From: Ahniellaceae bacterium
GTDB taxonomy: Bacteria; Pseudomonadota; Gammaproteobacteria; Xanthomonadales; Ahniellaceae
Assembly: GCA_044229785.1 (NCBI GenBank)
Contig: JBGASK010000004.1
Location: forward strand, 138 to 64,137
Reading direction: 5' to 3'
Length of the DNA: 64,000 bases
How positions within the stretch are numbered: position 1 is the first letter of the stretch; every line of letters starts with the position of its first letter. Shown one piece after another: positions 1 to 10,740 of this stretch. The position numbers were made by a program, and so were the translations under genes. The notes under the pieces are model-generated. The model ran no database searches, was not told where the DNA came from, and saw nothing but the letters and a program-made list of their open reading frames with translations.

Positions 1-1095
1 CACGGCGTCGGCCGGCAGGGAACTGCGGTCGCCGTCCTGATGGCGCAGGGTGCGGATCATCGCGGCGCTGGGGTCGTGCGAGGACAGGCCGCCGATCCAG
101 GTGCCGAGCCAGATCACGCCGTCGCGGCCCTGGGCCAGCGTGGTGACGCGACTGCTGCCGAGGCTTTGCCGATCGGCGGCATCGTGATCGAGGCGTTCCA
201 CCACCTGCTGGCGTGCGCGGTCGTACAGGAAGGCGCCGCGGCGGGTGCCGATCCACAATCGGTTGGTGCGGTCCAGCAGCAGGCTTTCGATATCCGGGCG
301 GTCGGCGTCCTCGGGCGTGGCGAAGGGCAGATCGATGCGCCGCGTGCCATCGCGGGCGAGACGCCACAAGCCGTCGCCGGCACCGATCCACAAGGTGCCG
401 GACCCGTCTTCGAGCAGGACGCGGGTCTGGCTGGTCGTCACCGGGCCGAGCCGGGCGTCGCGATGGATCTGCGGGGTCGATGTCTCGAAGCGCCACAGGC
501 CGGTCTCCGAGGCCAGCCACAATCCGCCCGCCGGCCCCGGCGCGATCGCACGCACGGCGCCGAGATCGTGGCCATTGATCTCGGGCACCGACACCGCGCG
601 CTGGCGATCGCGATCCAGCCATTGCACGTCGCCGGTGTGGAACAGCACCCAGATGCGGCCGTCGCCGGCGCGTTGCAGGTTGACGATGCGATCGGATGCC
701 AGCCCATGGTCGGCCGCGCGCCAGTGCGTCATCAAGCGGCGGCTGCGATCGAGCACGCTGATGCCGGCGACCGGATGCGCCGCGTACAAGCGGCCCTGGT
801 CGTCCTCGGTGATCGCGACGATGTTGTTCTCGGCCAGGGTGCCCGGGTCGTCGCGACGATGGCGCCAGACCTCGATGTGTTCGCCGTCGTAACGCGCCAG
901 GCCGTCCTGCGTGCCGACCCAGACGAAGCCGTCGCGGTCCGGATAGACCGCGCGTACCGAATTCGCCGGCAGCCCGCGATAGACATCCAGCGTGTCGAGG
1001 CGCGTGCGGTTCGTGACCAGGGCTGCCGTCGCCGCACCGGCACACAGCCAAGCCACCAGCCCCAGACCGATCCCGCGCGCCGCGCCCCATTTCAT
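1..1095 (-). CDS. Periplasmic sensor protein with two-component-regulator propeller (Reg_prop/Y_Y_Y-type) repeats, N-terminal part; the 3' end lies beyond the window start
   Basis: Absent from the ORF track because it is open at the window edge. My reverse-strand translation from the ATG at 1095 gives MKWGAARGIGLGLVAWLCAGAATAALV (signal/TM). It then shows repeated propeller-blade motifs (DGFVWVGTQDGLARY, GTLWIGAGDGLWRL, NRLWIGTRRGAFLY, GVIWLGTWIGGL). The frame stays open to base 1. Confidence 0.6.
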   Translation of the reverse strand, partial: MKWGAARGIGLGLVAWLCAGAATAALVTNRTRLDTLDVYRGLPANSVRAVYPDRDGFVWVGTQDGLARYDGEHIEVWRHRRDDPGTLAENNIVAITEDDQGRLYAAHPVAGISVLDRSRRLMTHWRAADHGLASDRIVNLQRAGDGRIWVLFHTGDVQWLDRDRQRAVSVPEINGHDLGAVRAIAPGPAGGLWLASETGLWRFETSTPQIHRDARLGPVTTSQTRVLLEDGSGTLWIGAGDGLWRLARDGTRRIDLPFATPEDADRPDIESLLLDRTNRLWIGTRRGAFLYDRARQQVVERLDHDAADRQSLGSSRVTTLAQGRDGVIWLGTWIGGLSSHDPSAAMIRTLRHQDGDRSSLPADAV

Positions 1096-1155
1096 GCCGT
1101 CGACTGTCGCGCGCCGGCCCGCGCAGGGCAAGCCGCGGGACGGTTAACATGCGTC

Positions 1156-1968
1156 ATGCCCGAGTTGCCCGAAGTCGAAACCACGCGCCGCGGCATCGCG
1201 CCGCATGTCGAAGGTCGCGTCGTGACACGCGCGGTGTTGCGTCGTCCCGACCTGCGCTGGCCGATCGCACGAGAGATCGAACGCGTTCTCGTCGGCCAGC
1301 GCGTGTCGCACACGACGCGGCGCGCGAAATACCTGTTGCTGCACAGTGCGCCCGGGGCGGCCGTCGTGCATCTCGGCATGTCCGGGTCGTTGCGCGTGCT
1401 CGACGGCGACGTGCCGGTACGGGCGCACGACCATGTCGACCTCGTCCTCGACGACGGCCGCCTGCTGCGCTTCAACGATCCGCGCCGTTTCGGCTGCCTG
1501 CTCTGGCAGCCGGCGGACACGACGCACGAACTGCTGCGCGATCTCGGCCCCGAACCCCTGGGCGACGCCTTCGACGGCGACTACCTGTTCGCGCAAAGTC
1601 GCGGCCGCAGCGCGCCGGTGAAGGCTTTCCTGATGGACCAGCGCATCGTCGTCGGCGTCGGCAACATCTACGTCGCCGAAGCCCTGTTCGCCGCCGGCGT
1701 GCGGCCGATGCGCGCGGCCGGCAAGGTCACGCGCCGCGACTATGCCGAACTGGCCGATGCCATCCGCCGCATCCTCGCCTACGCCATCGAACGCGGCGGC
1801 ACCACGCTGCGCGATTTCCTCAAACCCGACGGTGAACCCGGCTATTTCGAACAGGAACTGTTCGTCTACGGCCGCGACGGCGAACCCTGCAAGCGCTGCG
1901 GCACCGCCATCACCGCCCGCCGCGACGCGCAACGCGCAAGTTTCTACTGCCGGGTCTGCCAGCGCTGA
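1156..1968 (+). CDS. mutM: Formamidopyrimidine-DNA glycosylase (Fpg/MutM)
   Basis: Internal ATG of ORF 40..1968. Shows the N-terminal catalytic MPELPEVE motif and a C-terminal zinc finger (CKRCG...YCRVCQ). About 270 aa. The upstream part of the ORF is the antisense shadow of the sensor gene. Confidence 0.93.
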   Translation: MPELPEVETTRRGIAPHVEGRVVTRAVLRRPDLRWPIAREIERVLVGQRVSHTTRRAKYLLLHSAPGAAVVHLGMSGSLRVLDGDVPVRAHDHVDLVLDDGRLLRFNDPRRFGCLLWQPADTTHELLRDLGPEPLGDAFDGDYLFAQSRGRSAPVKAFLMDQRIVVGVGNIYVAEALFAAGVRPMRAAGKVTRRDYAELADAIRRILAYAIERGGTTLRDFLKPDGEPGYFEQELFVYGRDGEPCKRCGTAITARRDAQRASFYCRVCQR

Positions 1969-1978
1969 GCAGTCGCGA

Positions 1979-2380
1979 TCATCCAGCGCTTCCCGCGAGC
2001 ACCGCAAACGCGAGCCCCGCGCCCATTGCGATCGACGCGAGTCCGAGCGGCAGGGTGAATCGCGTGGCCATCGCCACGCTGCGTTGCGCGATGCGGGCGT
2101 GCCAGCGCCAGGGCATCAGCGCGAGTACGAGACTGGTGCCGATCAACACCCAGCCGAGTGCGGCAAACAACGTCGGTGTGGCCATCTTTGGCGCATGCGC
2201 GATGAAGGCGGCACCGACCAGGATGCGCAAGCCGAGTTCGAGGTAGTGCGCCGATACCGTTTGTGCGAAACCGGCGAGGAAGCGTCGGCCATGTGCGGGC
2301 GAGACCAGCAGCAACAGGCCGAGGGCGAGCAGATAGGCAGCCGCGGCCCAGGCCAACGCCGCCGCAACGGCCTCCATCAT
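1979..2380 (-). CDS. Small integral membrane protein (about 4 predicted TM segments), unknown function
   Basis: The C-terminal 133 codons of ORF 1979..2872 starting at MMEAV are strongly hydrophobic. The start overlaps the stop of the upstream gene (ATGA at 2377-2380). Confidence 0.55.
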   Translation of the reverse strand: MMEAVAAALAWAAAAYLLALGLLLLVSPAHGRRFLAGFAQTVSAHYLELGLRILVGAAFIAHAPKMATPTLFAALGWVLIGTSLVLALMPWRWHARIAQRSVAMATRFTLPLGLASIAMGAGLAFAVLAGSAG

Positions 2381-3507
2381 TCGGAAAATGCGCGCTGCAA
2401 TGCGCGACCGGATTCGTTGAGGAAGGGTTCGGCCTCGCGCCAGGGCAGCACGATGTCGTCGCCGCAGGCGCGCATGGCGTGGAAGAAACTGGTTGGGAAG
2501 ACGAGGCCGTCGCGGGTCGGATAGGGCGCGGAAACCGACATCAGGGCGATGACCTCGCGGCATTCGTCGTCGGCCAGGTTGCGCGGGTGGCGGGATTCGA
2601 GCGCCTTCCGGAAGGGGCTGTCGTCCAACACCAGATCGTAGTGCCGAGGTCCCTGCATCGCCGACTCGCCGCCGCGGATCCACGACCAGGCATCGATGCG
2701 GACACTGCGCTGCAGATCCCAGACCACGTAGTCGGTCGAGAAGCCGCCGTGGGCGCCGCCGCAGTAGGTCTCCGGCAGGCTGTCGCGTTGCACCAGCAGG
2801 GTGTCGGTCCATACCACTGGTTCGAGGCTCGCGCCGACGGGTTCGCCGGCCATGCCGCGGCCGGCTTCGCACTGGAATGCGAACACCGCACGATCACGCA
2901 GCCAAGCTTCGCTGGCGGCGCGGATCGCGGCGGCACCGGGCGAATCGGGCGCGGGTGCCATCGCGACGGCATCGGCGGTCGACCACAGTTCGTAGGACCG
3001 GCCTGCGAACGTCGCCGTGTCACGGGTGATGCGAATGCCGTCGGCGATCGGCGCGTCATAGGCGGCGCCGCATTCGCCGCTGGATGCGTCGGGCCCGGCC
3101 ACGCGCTGCAGGCGCAGCGGCAACACGCGCTGCCCGGTCGGATCGCTCCACTCGCCGAGCAACGTGTCCGAGCCGTCCGCGTGCAGGGACCAGTGGCCGG
3201 TCGGGGGCGTTGGATCGAACGCGGGCCCGCCCACTTCGCTGACGCGAATGCGGCCATCGGCGAGTGCGGCCATCAGCTGGGCGTCGCGTTGTTCGACCTC
3301 GTCGCCCTCGCCCTGCAGGCGCAGCGGGCGACGATGACGCAGGTAGTAATACTCGGCCTGGCCATAGCCGTTGAAGCAGGCCCGGATCTCGCTGCGGCCG
3401 AGCGTGCCGGCCCAGGTGCCGGCAAACCGTGGCGTCTCGTCGGCGGCCGGGGCCGTGGTCGAGAGCGCGATGCAGAACAACACCGGCAGGCGGCTCAGGG
3501 GCGACAT
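2377..3507 (-). CDS. Secreted/periplasmic hypothetical protein
   Basis: 376-aa ORF with an N-terminal signal peptide (MSPLSRLPVLFCIALSTTAPAAD). Composition is balanced. Translationally coupled to the downstream membrane protein. I recognise no family. Confidence 0.6.
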   Translation of the reverse strand: MSPLSRLPVLFCIALSTTAPAADETPRFAGTWAGTLGRSEIRACFNGYGQAEYYYLRHRRPLRLQGEGDEVEQRDAQLMAALADGRIRVSEVGGPAFDPTPPTGHWSLHADGSDTLLGEWSDPTGQRVLPLRLQRVAGPDASSGECGAAYDAPIADGIRITRDTATFAGRSYELWSTADAVAMAPAPDSPGAAAIRAASEAWLRDRAVFAFQCEAGRGMAGEPVGASLEPVVWTDTLLVQRDSLPETYCGGAHGGFSTDYVVWDLQRSVRIDAWSWIRGGESAMQGPRHYDLVLDDSPFRKALESRHPRNLADDECREVIALMSVSAPYPTRDGLVFPTSFFHAMRACGDDIVLPWREAEPFLNESGRALQRAFSE

Positions 3508-3531
3508 GGGTTCACCGTGGTTGCGAGGCGG

Positions 3532-4884
3532 TCACGATATCGCCGCAGCCACCACCGCCGCGCGTTGCCGCAGCTCCGGAATCGCCGTGGTTTCCCACAG
3601 CAGGCCGCGCGCGAGTGCGCCGACGGCGTACAGGCCGGGCACGGCCCGGCCCTGCACATCGAGCACGCGGTTGTGTTCGTCGACTTGAAGACCCAGGCCG
3701 AGCGGATGCGCGCGCACGAGCCCCTGTGCGATCAGGCTGTCGACCAGCGGATCGACGCCGCGTTGCAGCGGGCCGTCGATGCCGGTGGCGCGCAGCAGGC
3801 GTTGCGCGTTCAGGGTGTCGACTTGCGCCTGGCCTTGGCGGCGCAGGTCGAGCGCGAGCCCGTCGCCCTCGACCCGCACGCGCAGCAGGCGGGCGGCGAC
3901 GATGCGCAGTTCGCCCGCTTTGATCCAGCGTTGTTGTTCGCGCCAGAGCTCCGGTGCGCAGCGATGGCGATGCACTTCCCAGTAGCTGCGCAGGTGGCGC
4001 AGGAAGCGGCTTTGCTCGGCAGCGGACAAGGCGCGCCAGATCTCGGCGATGTGCGGACGGATGGCGTCGAACGCTGCATGCCAGTCGTCGCGTTGCCCGC
4101 AAGCGCGGCGCAGCGTGCGCAGCAGCGCGCGCACCGAGCGCTGCGACCAGGCCGAGCGCACGTCGTCGTGCAGCGGTTCGGCCGGCAGCCGCTGGTCCGG
4201 ATGCGGACGCGGCAGCAGGCCGTGGCGCGAGATCGCCGTGATCGGTGCGCGATGGCCGCGACCGCGCAGGTGCAACACGTGGTCGAGCATGCTCAGGCCG
4301 GTGCCGAGCACCACGACCGACGCGTCGGCGGCGAGACCGTCCGACCAGGCGTTGCGCCACGGATCGTCGACGTAGTGCGGACTGCGTCGCGTCGCGTCGT
4401 CGAGCATCGGCAGCGGCAAGGCCGGCAGCGGCCCGTTCGCGAGCACGACCTGGTCGACTCCATCGCGGCGCTCGCCGGCGCCGACGATGAAGCCGGCGCC
4501 CGCGCGTTGCACCGATTCGGCGCGCCGCGCCACCACTTCGATGGGAAACGGCGACGCCTGCAACAGGTCCGCCCACTGCGCGCGCAGATAGGCGCCGTAT
4601 TCCACCCGTGTGCGAAACCCGTCGCGATCCGGCCCGCTCAGGCCGAGCCAGTCGGCGAAGGCGCCAACCTGCGACGGACTCAGGCCGAGGTCGGCGGCGC
4701 GGGTGTTCAACAGACTCCGTCCGGCCGAATCGGCATAGGCCAGGCCGGTGCAGGCTTCGCGCGCATCGGCATACACGACGATGCCGGCGATGGCCGCACC
4801 GCGTTCGCGCCAGAGACTCAGCAGGGACAGGGCACTGAAACCGGCGCCGATGACGGCGACGCGGGGCGACGACCGCCGGGTCAC
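3532..4884 (-). CDS. FAD/NAD(P)-binding oxidoreductase (YdhS-like, NAD_binding_9-type)
   Basis: 450 aa. N-terminal Rossmann fingerprint VAVIGAGFSA, a second dinucleotide motif VVVLGTGLSMLD, and a C-terminal GLYAVG. Confidence 0.75.
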   Translation of the reverse strand: MTRRSSPRVAVIGAGFSALSLLSLWRERGAAIAGIVVYADAREACTGLAYADSAGRSLLNTRAADLGLSPSQVGAFADWLGLSGPDRDGFRTRVEYGAYLRAQWADLLQASPFPIEVVARRAESVQRAGAGFIVGAGERRDGVDQVVLANGPLPALPLPMLDDATRRSPHYVDDPWRNAWSDGLAADASVVVLGTGLSMLDHVLHLRGRGHRAPITAISRHGLLPRPHPDQRLPAEPLHDDVRSAWSQRSVRALLRTLRRACGQRDDWHAAFDAIRPHIAEIWRALSAAEQSRFLRHLRSYWEVHRHRCAPELWREQQRWIKAGELRIVAARLLRVRVEGDGLALDLRRQGQAQVDTLNAQRLLRATGIDGPLQRGVDPLVDSLIAQGLVRAHPLGLGLQVDEHNRVLDVQGRAVPGLYAVGALARGLLWETTAIPELRQRAAVVAAAIS

Positions 4885-4934
4885 GGTCGCGCCCCGGCAT
4901 GTCGTTTGGGCATAAGCAGATGGGGCACGGGAAT

Positions 4935-4955
4935 TTCCGACCGAACAGATCGGAA
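4935..4955. promoter_or_regulatory. Inverted repeat TTCCGA-N9-TCGGAA in the divergent promoter region; candidate Rrf2 operator
   Basis: Seen at 4935-4940 and 4950-4955, between the minus-strand oxidoreductase start (4884) and the Rrf2 start (4971). The function is inferred. Confidence 0.2.
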
Positions 4956-4970
4956 TTGTAGCGTTCGCCC

Positions 4971-5408
4971 ATGCTCACGATGAAAGCCAAATACGCGCTG
5001 CGCGCGCTTTCCACCCTCGCCCGCCATGGCGGCAAGCCGCTGCCGGCGCATCAACTCGCCGACCAGGCGCAGGTGCCGGAGAGCTTCCTCGAAGTGATCC
5101 TGTCCGAACTGCGCCGCGCCGGTTACGTGTCGAGCAAGCGCGGCCTGCAGGGCGGGCACCAGCTCGCCAAGGCGCCGGAACAGATCGGCCTCGGCGATCT
5201 CATCCGCACCATCGACGGCCCGCTGGCGCCGATCCGCTGCGCCAGCCTCACCGCCTATCGCGCCTGCAGCGACTGCCCCGATCCTGCGTCCTGCGCCACG
5301 CGCCTGCTGATGACCGACGTGCGCAACGCCATTTCCGACGTACTCGACCGCCGCACCCTGCGCGACCAGGTCGAACTCGAATCCATCCGCGGCGATCTTG
5401 CCGCCTGA
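4971..5408 (+). CDS. Rrf2-family transcriptional regulator
   Basis: MKAKYALRAL...HQLA..A.VPESFLEVILSELRRAGYVSSKRG..GG is the typical Rrf2 winged-helix N-terminus. A Cys cluster (C..C..C) follows. The start may instead be the MKAKY methionine at 4980. Confidence 0.88.
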   Translation: MLTMKAKYALRALSTLARHGGKPLPAHQLADQAQVPESFLEVILSELRRAGYVSSKRGLQGGHQLAKAPEQIGLGDLIRTIDGPLAPIRCASLTAYRACSDCPDPASCATRLLMTDVRNAISDVLDRRTLRDQVELESIRGDLAA

Positions 5409-5430
5409 GCCACGACCGAGGAGACCGACC

Positions 5431-5610
5431 ATGACCGCCTCACGCGCACCCGAATTGCTGCCGCCACGCAGCGAGTCGTATCTGCGCCTGATCCCGGAAG
5501 AACGCGCCGTGATCGAGGCGCTGCGCGAACTGCCCTACGGCGCGCTCGAAGTCGTGGTGCATCAGTCGCGCATCGTCCAGATCACCAAGACCGAAAAAGT
5601 CCGCGTCTGA
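5431..5610 (+). CDS. YezD-like small protein (DUF2292)
   Basis: C-terminal YGALEVVVHQSRIVQITKTEKVRV matches the remembered DUF2292 signature (G.v.i.vhdg.vvqie..ek.r.). A GAGGA RBS precedes the ATG at 5431. This family is commonly linked to sulfur assimilation genes. Confidence 0.7.
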   Translation: MTASRAPELLPPRSESYLRLIPEERAVIEALRELPYGALEVVVHQSRIVQITKTEKVRV

Positions 5611-5675
5611 ACCCCTGCCCGAACCACACCGACCGGACGACCGGAGGTGGCCCAAACCGACGCCCTGGAGGCCAC

Positions 5676-7094
5676 ATGCCCGTCCGATCCCGATTGAGCC
5701 TTGCCCTGATGCTGGTACTGACCGCCACGACTGCCCGCGCCGACGACGCCACAGACATCGCCGATCTGCGCGAACGTCTGCGCCAGCTCGAAACGCGCCT
5801 TGGCGAGCGTGCGCCCGATCCCGATGCCCGCACGGCGCTCGGCGATCTGGACCAGCGCCTGCGCATCCTCGAACGCAAACTCGAAATCCAGCAGGAAGAC
5901 GCCGTCGCGAAGGCGCCGTCCATTCCGGTCGTCGCGATCAACGACAAGGGCCTGTCGATCAGGAATCAGAAAGGCGACTTCGAGCTCAAGCTGCGCGGCG
6001 GCCTGCAGTTCGACCATCGCGCCTTCTTCGACGACACGCCCGCGGTCAGCGACAGCTTCCTGTTCCGCCGCATCCGGCCCTCGCTCGAAGGCGCGCTCGG
6101 TGCGCTGGTCGGCTTCCGCATCACGCCGGAACTGGCCGAAGACAGCACCAGCCTAATCGACGCCTACATCGACGTGAAGTTCGACCCGCGCGCCTCGTTG
6201 CGCGTCGGCAAGATCAAGGGCCCGGTCGGCCTCGAACGCCTGGCCTCGTGGAACGCGCTGACGATGATCGAACGTGGTTTCCCGACCGAACTGGCGCCGA
6301 GCCGCGAGCTCGGCGCACAGGTCTTCGGCGAACTCGCCAAGGGCGAGATCAGTTATGCCGTCGGCGCCTTCAACGGCGCGGCGGACGGCCGCAATGCCAA
6401 TGCGAACGATGTCGACAACAACGCCGAGTTCGAGGGCCGCGTATTCTTCGAGCCGTGGAAAAACGACGCGAATGCACTCTCCGGACTCGGTTTCGGCATC
6501 GCCGCCACGGTCGGCGAAAAGGACGGCAGCGGCAATGCGCTGCTGCCGCGCTACCGCACGCCCGGCCAGCAGGTGTTCTTCAACTATCGCGCCGCGGTGT
6601 CCGCGGCCGGCGATCACCGGCGCATTTCGCCGCAGGCGTACTACTACCGCAACGCCCTCGGCCTGCAGGCCGAATACATCACGTCGGAACAGGAGCTGCT
6701 GCTGCCGAACGCCGCGAATTCGCGCGTCGACCTCAAGCACGAGGCCTGGCAGTTCACCGGAAGTTACGTGCTGACCGGCGAGGACGCGGGCTACAAGGGC
6801 ATCGTGAAGCCGAACGAACCCTTTGAAATCGGCGGTCCCGGCTGGGGCGCGTTCGAACTGGTCGGGCGTTACGGCGAACTCGATGTCGATGACGACGCCT
6901 TCCCGCGCTACGCCGATCCGGCCGTGGTCGCCTCGCAGGCGCGAGCGCTCGGCATCGGCCTGAACTGGCTGCTCACATCGAACCTGAAACTTCAATTCAA
7001 CCTGACTCGGACACAGTTCGACGGCGGTGCTGCGAACGGCGCCGATCGTCCCGACGAGAACGCGTTCTTCTCGCGCGTCCAGGTCGCGTTCTGA
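5676..7094 (+). CDS. Anion-selective porin of the OprO/OprP (phosphate-selective porin O and P) family
   Basis: 472 aa with a signal peptide and an N-terminal coiled-coil ([12 protein letters not shown]...RILERKLE). The body is beta-barrel-like, with the [17 protein letters not shown] and [11 protein letters not shown] motifs typical of this family and a terminal aromatic residue (F). Confidence 0.82.
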   Translation: MPVRSRLSLALMLVLTATTARADDATDIADLRERLRQLETRLGERAPDPDARTALGDLDQRLRILERKLEIQQEDAVAKAPSIPVVAINDKGLSIRNQKGDFELKLRGGLQFDHRAFFDDTPAVSDSFLFRRIRPSLEGALGALVGFRITPELAEDSTSLIDAYIDVKFDPRASLRVGKIKGPVGLERLASWNALTMIERGFPTELAPSRELGAQVFGELAKGEISYAVGAFNGAADGRNANANDVDNNAEFEGRVFFEPWKNDANALSGLGFGIAATVGEKDGSGNALLPRYRTPGQQVFFNYRAAVSAAGDHRRISPQAYYYRNALGLQAEYITSEQELLLPNAANSRVDLKHEAWQFTGSYVLTGEDAGYKGIVKPNEPFEIGGPGWGAFELVGRYGELDVDDDAFPRYADPAVVASQARALGIGLNWLLTSNLKLQFNLTRTQFDGGAANGADRPDENAFFSRVQVAF

Positions 7095-7116
7095 TCATCT
7101 TGCAAGGAATCCCGCC

Positions 7117-8124
7117 ATGAACCTCCTGATCCGACGCATCGCCTTCGCCGCCCTCGCTCTCGCCTCGTTCTCCGTCGTCGCGAAGGACATCGAGCTGCTC
7201 AACGTGTCCTACGACCCGACCCGCGAGTTCTACCGCGAGGTCAACACCGCCTTTGCCGCACAATGGCAACGCGAACACGGCGACGCCGTGCGTGTGCAGA
7301 CCTCGCACGGCGGCTCCGGCAAGCAGGCACGCGCCGTCATCGACGGGCTTGGTGCCGATGTCGTCACGCTGGCGCTCGCGTTCGACATCGATGCCATCGC
7401 CGACAAGGCCAGGTTGCTGCCCCCGGACTGGCAGAAGCGCCTGCCGCGCAACAGCGCGCCGTACACCTCGACCATCGTGCTGCTGGTGCGCAAGGGCAAT
7501 CCGAAGGGCATCCGCGACTGGGGCGACCTGGTCAAGCCCGGCGTGGCGGTGATCACGCCGAACCCGAAGACCTCGGGCGGCGCGCGCTGGAATCATCTCG
7601 CCGCCTACGCATATGCATTGCGCCGGAACGGCGGCGATGTCGAGAAGGCCAAGGCCTTCCTGACGGCGCTGTATCGCAACGTGCCGGTGCTCGACACCGG
7701 CGCGCGTGGTTCGACCACGACCTTTGCGCAGCGCGGCATCGGCGACGTGCTGCTGGCCTGGGAAAACGAGGCCTTTCTCGCACAGCAGCAGCTCGGATCG
7801 GACCAGTTCGAAATCGTCGTGCCCTCGCTGTCGATCCTGGCCGAACCGCCGGTTGCCATCGTCGACCGCAATGTCGATCGTCGCGGCACGCGTGCCGTCG
7901 CCGAGGCCTATCTCGCCTTCCTGTATGCGCCGGAAGGCCAGCGTCTCGCCGCCAGGCACTACTACCGTCCGCGCGAACCACAACACGCCGCCGCGGCCGA
8001 CATCGCGCGCTTCCCGAAGCTGGCGCTGGTGACGATCGACGGCGAGTTCGGTTCGTGGGCCAAGGCCCAGGCCGAGCATTTCGCCGACGGCGGCATCTTC
8101 GACCAGATCTACGCACCGCGATGA
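7117..8124 (+). CDS. sbp: Sulfate/thiosulfate ABC transporter periplasmic binding protein
   Basis: Internal ATG ([10 protein letters not shown]..., signal peptide). Conserved [43 protein letters not shown] and LAWENEA blocks. Confidence 0.93.
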   Translation: MNLLIRRIAFAALALASFSVVAKDIELLNVSYDPTREFYREVNTAFAAQWQREHGDAVRVQTSHGGSGKQARAVIDGLGADVVTLALAFDIDAIADKARLLPPDWQKRLPRNSAPYTSTIVLLVRKGNPKGIRDWGDLVKPGVAVITPNPKTSGGARWNHLAAYAYALRRNGGDVEKAKAFLTALYRNVPVLDTGARGSTTTFAQRGIGDVLLAWENEAFLAQQQLGSDQFEIVVPSLSILAEPPVAIVDRNVDRRGTRAVAEAYLAFLYAPEGQRLAARHYYRPREPQHAAAADIARFPKLALVTIDGEFGSWAKAQAEHFADGGIFDQIYAPR

Positions 8125-8131
8125 TGCGACC

Positions 8132-9010
8132 ATGAGCGCCGTGCTGGAACTCGACACGACCACGAATGCGCCGACCCCGGCTTCGCGCGCCCGCCGCGTG
8201 ATGCCGGGCTTCGGCCTGACGCTCGGCTACAGCGTGGCCTGGCTGAGCCTGATCGTGTTGATCCCGCTGGCCGGCGTGTTCATCAAGACCAGCGAACTCG
8301 GCTTCGATGGCCTCGTGCGCGTGTGGACCGACGCGCGCGTGCTTGCCGCGCTGCAGCTGAGCTTCGGCACCGCCTTCGTGGCCGGTGCGTTCAATGCCTT
8401 GGCCGGCACCCTGGTCGCTTGGGTCCTGGTGCGTTACGAGTTTCCGGGGCGGCGCATGATCGATGGACTGATCGACCTGCCGTTCGCGTTGCCGACCGCA
8501 GTTGCCGGCATCGCCCTGACCGCGCTCTATGCCGGCAACGGCTGGGTCGGACAATGGCTGGCGCCGCTCGGCATCCAGGTCGCCTATGCGCCGCTCGGCA
8601 TCGTCGTGGCGCTGGTGTTCGTCGGCCTGCCCTTCGTCGTGCGCACGCTGCAGCCGGTGCTGGCCGAAGCGCGCGTCGAACTGGAAGAAGCCGCGGCCAC
8701 GCTCGGCGCGACCCGGCTGCAGACGCTGCGCAAGGTGCTGTTGCCGACGCTGTATCCGGCCATGCTGACCGGCTTCGCGCTGGCCTTTGCGCGCGGCGTC
8801 GGCGAATATGGATCGGTCATCTTCATTGCCGGCAACCTGCCGCGCGTCACCGAAATCGCGCCGCTGCTGATCGTCATCAAGCTGGAGGAATTCGACTACG
8901 CCGGCGCCACCGCCGTCGCCGCGGCGATGTTGCTGCTGTCCTTCGCGTTGTTGTTCGCGATCAACCTGCTGCAGGCCTTCGCGGCACGCCGCGCCGGGCG
9001 CACGCGCTGA
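8132..9010 (+). CDS. cysT: Sulfate ABC transporter permease CysT
   Basis: 292-aa polytopic membrane protein with the EAA-loop (EEAAATLGA). It sits between sbp and cysW. Confidence 0.92.
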   Translation: MSAVLELDTTTNAPTPASRARRVMPGFGLTLGYSVAWLSLIVLIPLAGVFIKTSELGFDGLVRVWTDARVLAALQLSFGTAFVAGAFNALAGTLVAWVLVRYEFPGRRMIDGLIDLPFALPTAVAGIALTALYAGNGWVGQWLAPLGIQVAYAPLGIVVALVFVGLPFVVRTLQPVLAEARVELEEAAATLGATRLQTLRKVLLPTLYPAMLTGFALAFARGVGEYGSVIFIAGNLPRVTEIAPLLIVIKLEEFDYAGATAVAAAMLLLSFALLFAINLLQAFAARRAGRTR

Positions 9011-9011
9011 G

Positions 9012-9872
9012 ATGCAGACCATGACTCGATCGACGTCGTCACCGACCACCGAACCGCGCTGGCTGCGCCGCCTGCTGATCGGCGCCGCGCTCGCCTTCAT
9101 CGCCTTCTTCCTGCTGCTGCCATTGGCCGCGGTCTTCGTCGAAGCCTTGCGCCACGGGCTCGACGCCTACCTGCGCGCGCTGCGCGAACCCGATGCGCTG
9201 GCCGCGCTGAAACTGACCCTGCTGGTCGCGGGCATCGCGGTGCCGCTGAACCTCGTGTTCGGCGTCAGTGCCGCCTGGCTGATCAGCAAACACGACTTCC
9301 GCGGCAAGGCCTTTCTGGTCACTCTGATCGACTTGCCGTTCTCGGTGTCGCCGGTGGTGTCGGGCCTGGTCTACGTGCTGATCTTCGGCGCCCAGGGCTG
9401 GTTCGGGCCGTGGCTGATCGAACACGACATCCGCATCATCTTCGCGGTGCCGGGCCTGGTGCTCGCCACCGTGTTCGTGACCTTTCCCTTCGTCGCGCGC
9501 GAACTCATCCCGTTGATGCAGGAACAAGGCCGCGACGACGAACTCGCCGCACTCACGCTCGGCGCCTCGGGCTTCCAGACCTTCCTGCGCGTCACGCTGC
9601 CGAACATCCGCTTCGGCCTGCTCTACGGCGTGTTGTTGTGCAATGCGCGTGCCATCGGCGAGTTCGGTGCGGTCAGCGTGGTCTCGGGCCACATCCGCGG
9701 CCTGACCAACACGCTGCCGCTGCACGTCGAGATCCTCTACAACGAATACGACTTCGTCTCGGCCTTCGCGGTGGCGACGTTGCTCGCCTTCCTCGCGCTG
9801 ATCACCCTCGGCCTGAAGGCCTTGCTCGAGTGGCGTCATGGCCACCAGCTTGCGGCGCGCACGCGCCACTGA
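9012..9872 (+). CDS. cysW: Sulfate ABC transporter permease CysW
   Basis: 286-aa permease paralogous to CysT ([29 protein letters not shown]). Confidence 0.92.
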   Translation: MQTMTRSTSSPTTEPRWLRRLLIGAALAFIAFFLLLPLAAVFVEALRHGLDAYLRALREPDALAALKLTLLVAGIAVPLNLVFGVSAAWLISKHDFRGKAFLVTLIDLPFSVSPVVSGLVYVLIFGAQGWFGPWLIEHDIRIIFAVPGLVLATVFVTFPFVARELIPLMQEQGRDDELAALTLGASGFQTFLRVTLPNIRFGLLYGVLLCNARAIGEFGAVSVVSGHIRGLTNTLPLHVEILYNEYDFVSAFAVATLLAFLALITLGLKALLEWRHGHQLAARTRH

Positions 9873-10710
9873 TCCGGAACCTTCCATGCAGATCCGCATC
9901 CAGCACCTCGACAAACACTACGGCCGATATCCCGCGCTGCGCGGCGTCGATCTCGACATCCGTTCCGGCGAGCTGATCGCCCTGCTCGGGCCGTCCGGTT
10001 CCGGCAAGACGACCTTGCTGCGCGCCATCGCCGGACTGGAAACGGTTAATGGCGGCCGCATCCGCTTCGGCGAGCGCGACGCCACCACGCTCAGCGTGCA
10101 GGAACGCCGGGTCGGCTTCGTGTTCCAGCACTACGCCTTGTTCCGGCACATGTCGGTGCTCGACAACGTCGCCTTCGGACTGAATTGCCGACCGCGCCGC
10201 GACCGTCCGGCGCGTGCCGACATCGAACGCCGTGCGCTGGACTTGCTGGCGCGCGTGCAGCTCGCGGACCTGCGCGATCGTTTGCCCGACCAGTTGTCCG
10301 GCGGACAGCGGCAGCGCGTGGCGCTGGCGCGCGCGATGGCGATCGATCCGACCGTGCTGCTGCTCGACGAACCTTTCGGTGCGCTCGATGCGAAAGTGCG
10401 CGTCGAGCTGCGGCGCTGGCTGCGCGAAATTCACGACGCCACCGGCTACACCACGGTCTTCGTCACCCACGACCAGGACGAAGCGCTGGAACTGGCCGAC
10501 CGCGTCGTCGTGATGAATGGCGGACGCATCGAACAGATCGGCACGCCGGACGAGATCTACGCACAGCCGGCCACACCGTTCGTGTTCGATTTCGTCGGAC
10601 GTTCGAACCGCTTGCGCGGTCGCGTCGACCAGGGCCGCTTCCGGCCCCACGGCCAATCGCGGTCCTGGGCCTTGCCGGAACCGCTCGCGGATGGCCCGGC
10701 GCAGCTGTTC

Positions 10711-10718
10711 GTGCGTCC
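10711..10718. repeat. Target-site duplication copy 1 (GTGCGTCC)
   Basis: An identical octamer abuts the other end of the element at 17834-17841. Confidence 0.85.
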
Positions 10719-10740
10719 GGTAGTGGGTCAGTTTGAAATC
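10719..10740. repeat. Terminal inverted repeat, transposase-proximal (GGTAGTGGGTCAGTTTGAAATC)
   Basis: Reverse-complementary to 17812-17833 with one mismatch. It begins GGTAGTG, fitting the GGnnnTG termini I recall for the IS1 family. Confidence 0.85.

Noticed and set aside
40-1155. The upstream 372 codons of track ORF 40..1968, fused to mutM.
   Set aside because: Composition is A/G/R-rich and lacks motifs. It is the codon-aligned antisense of the propeller-sensor gene (1..1095, minus strand). mutM homology begins exactly at MPELPEVE (1156).
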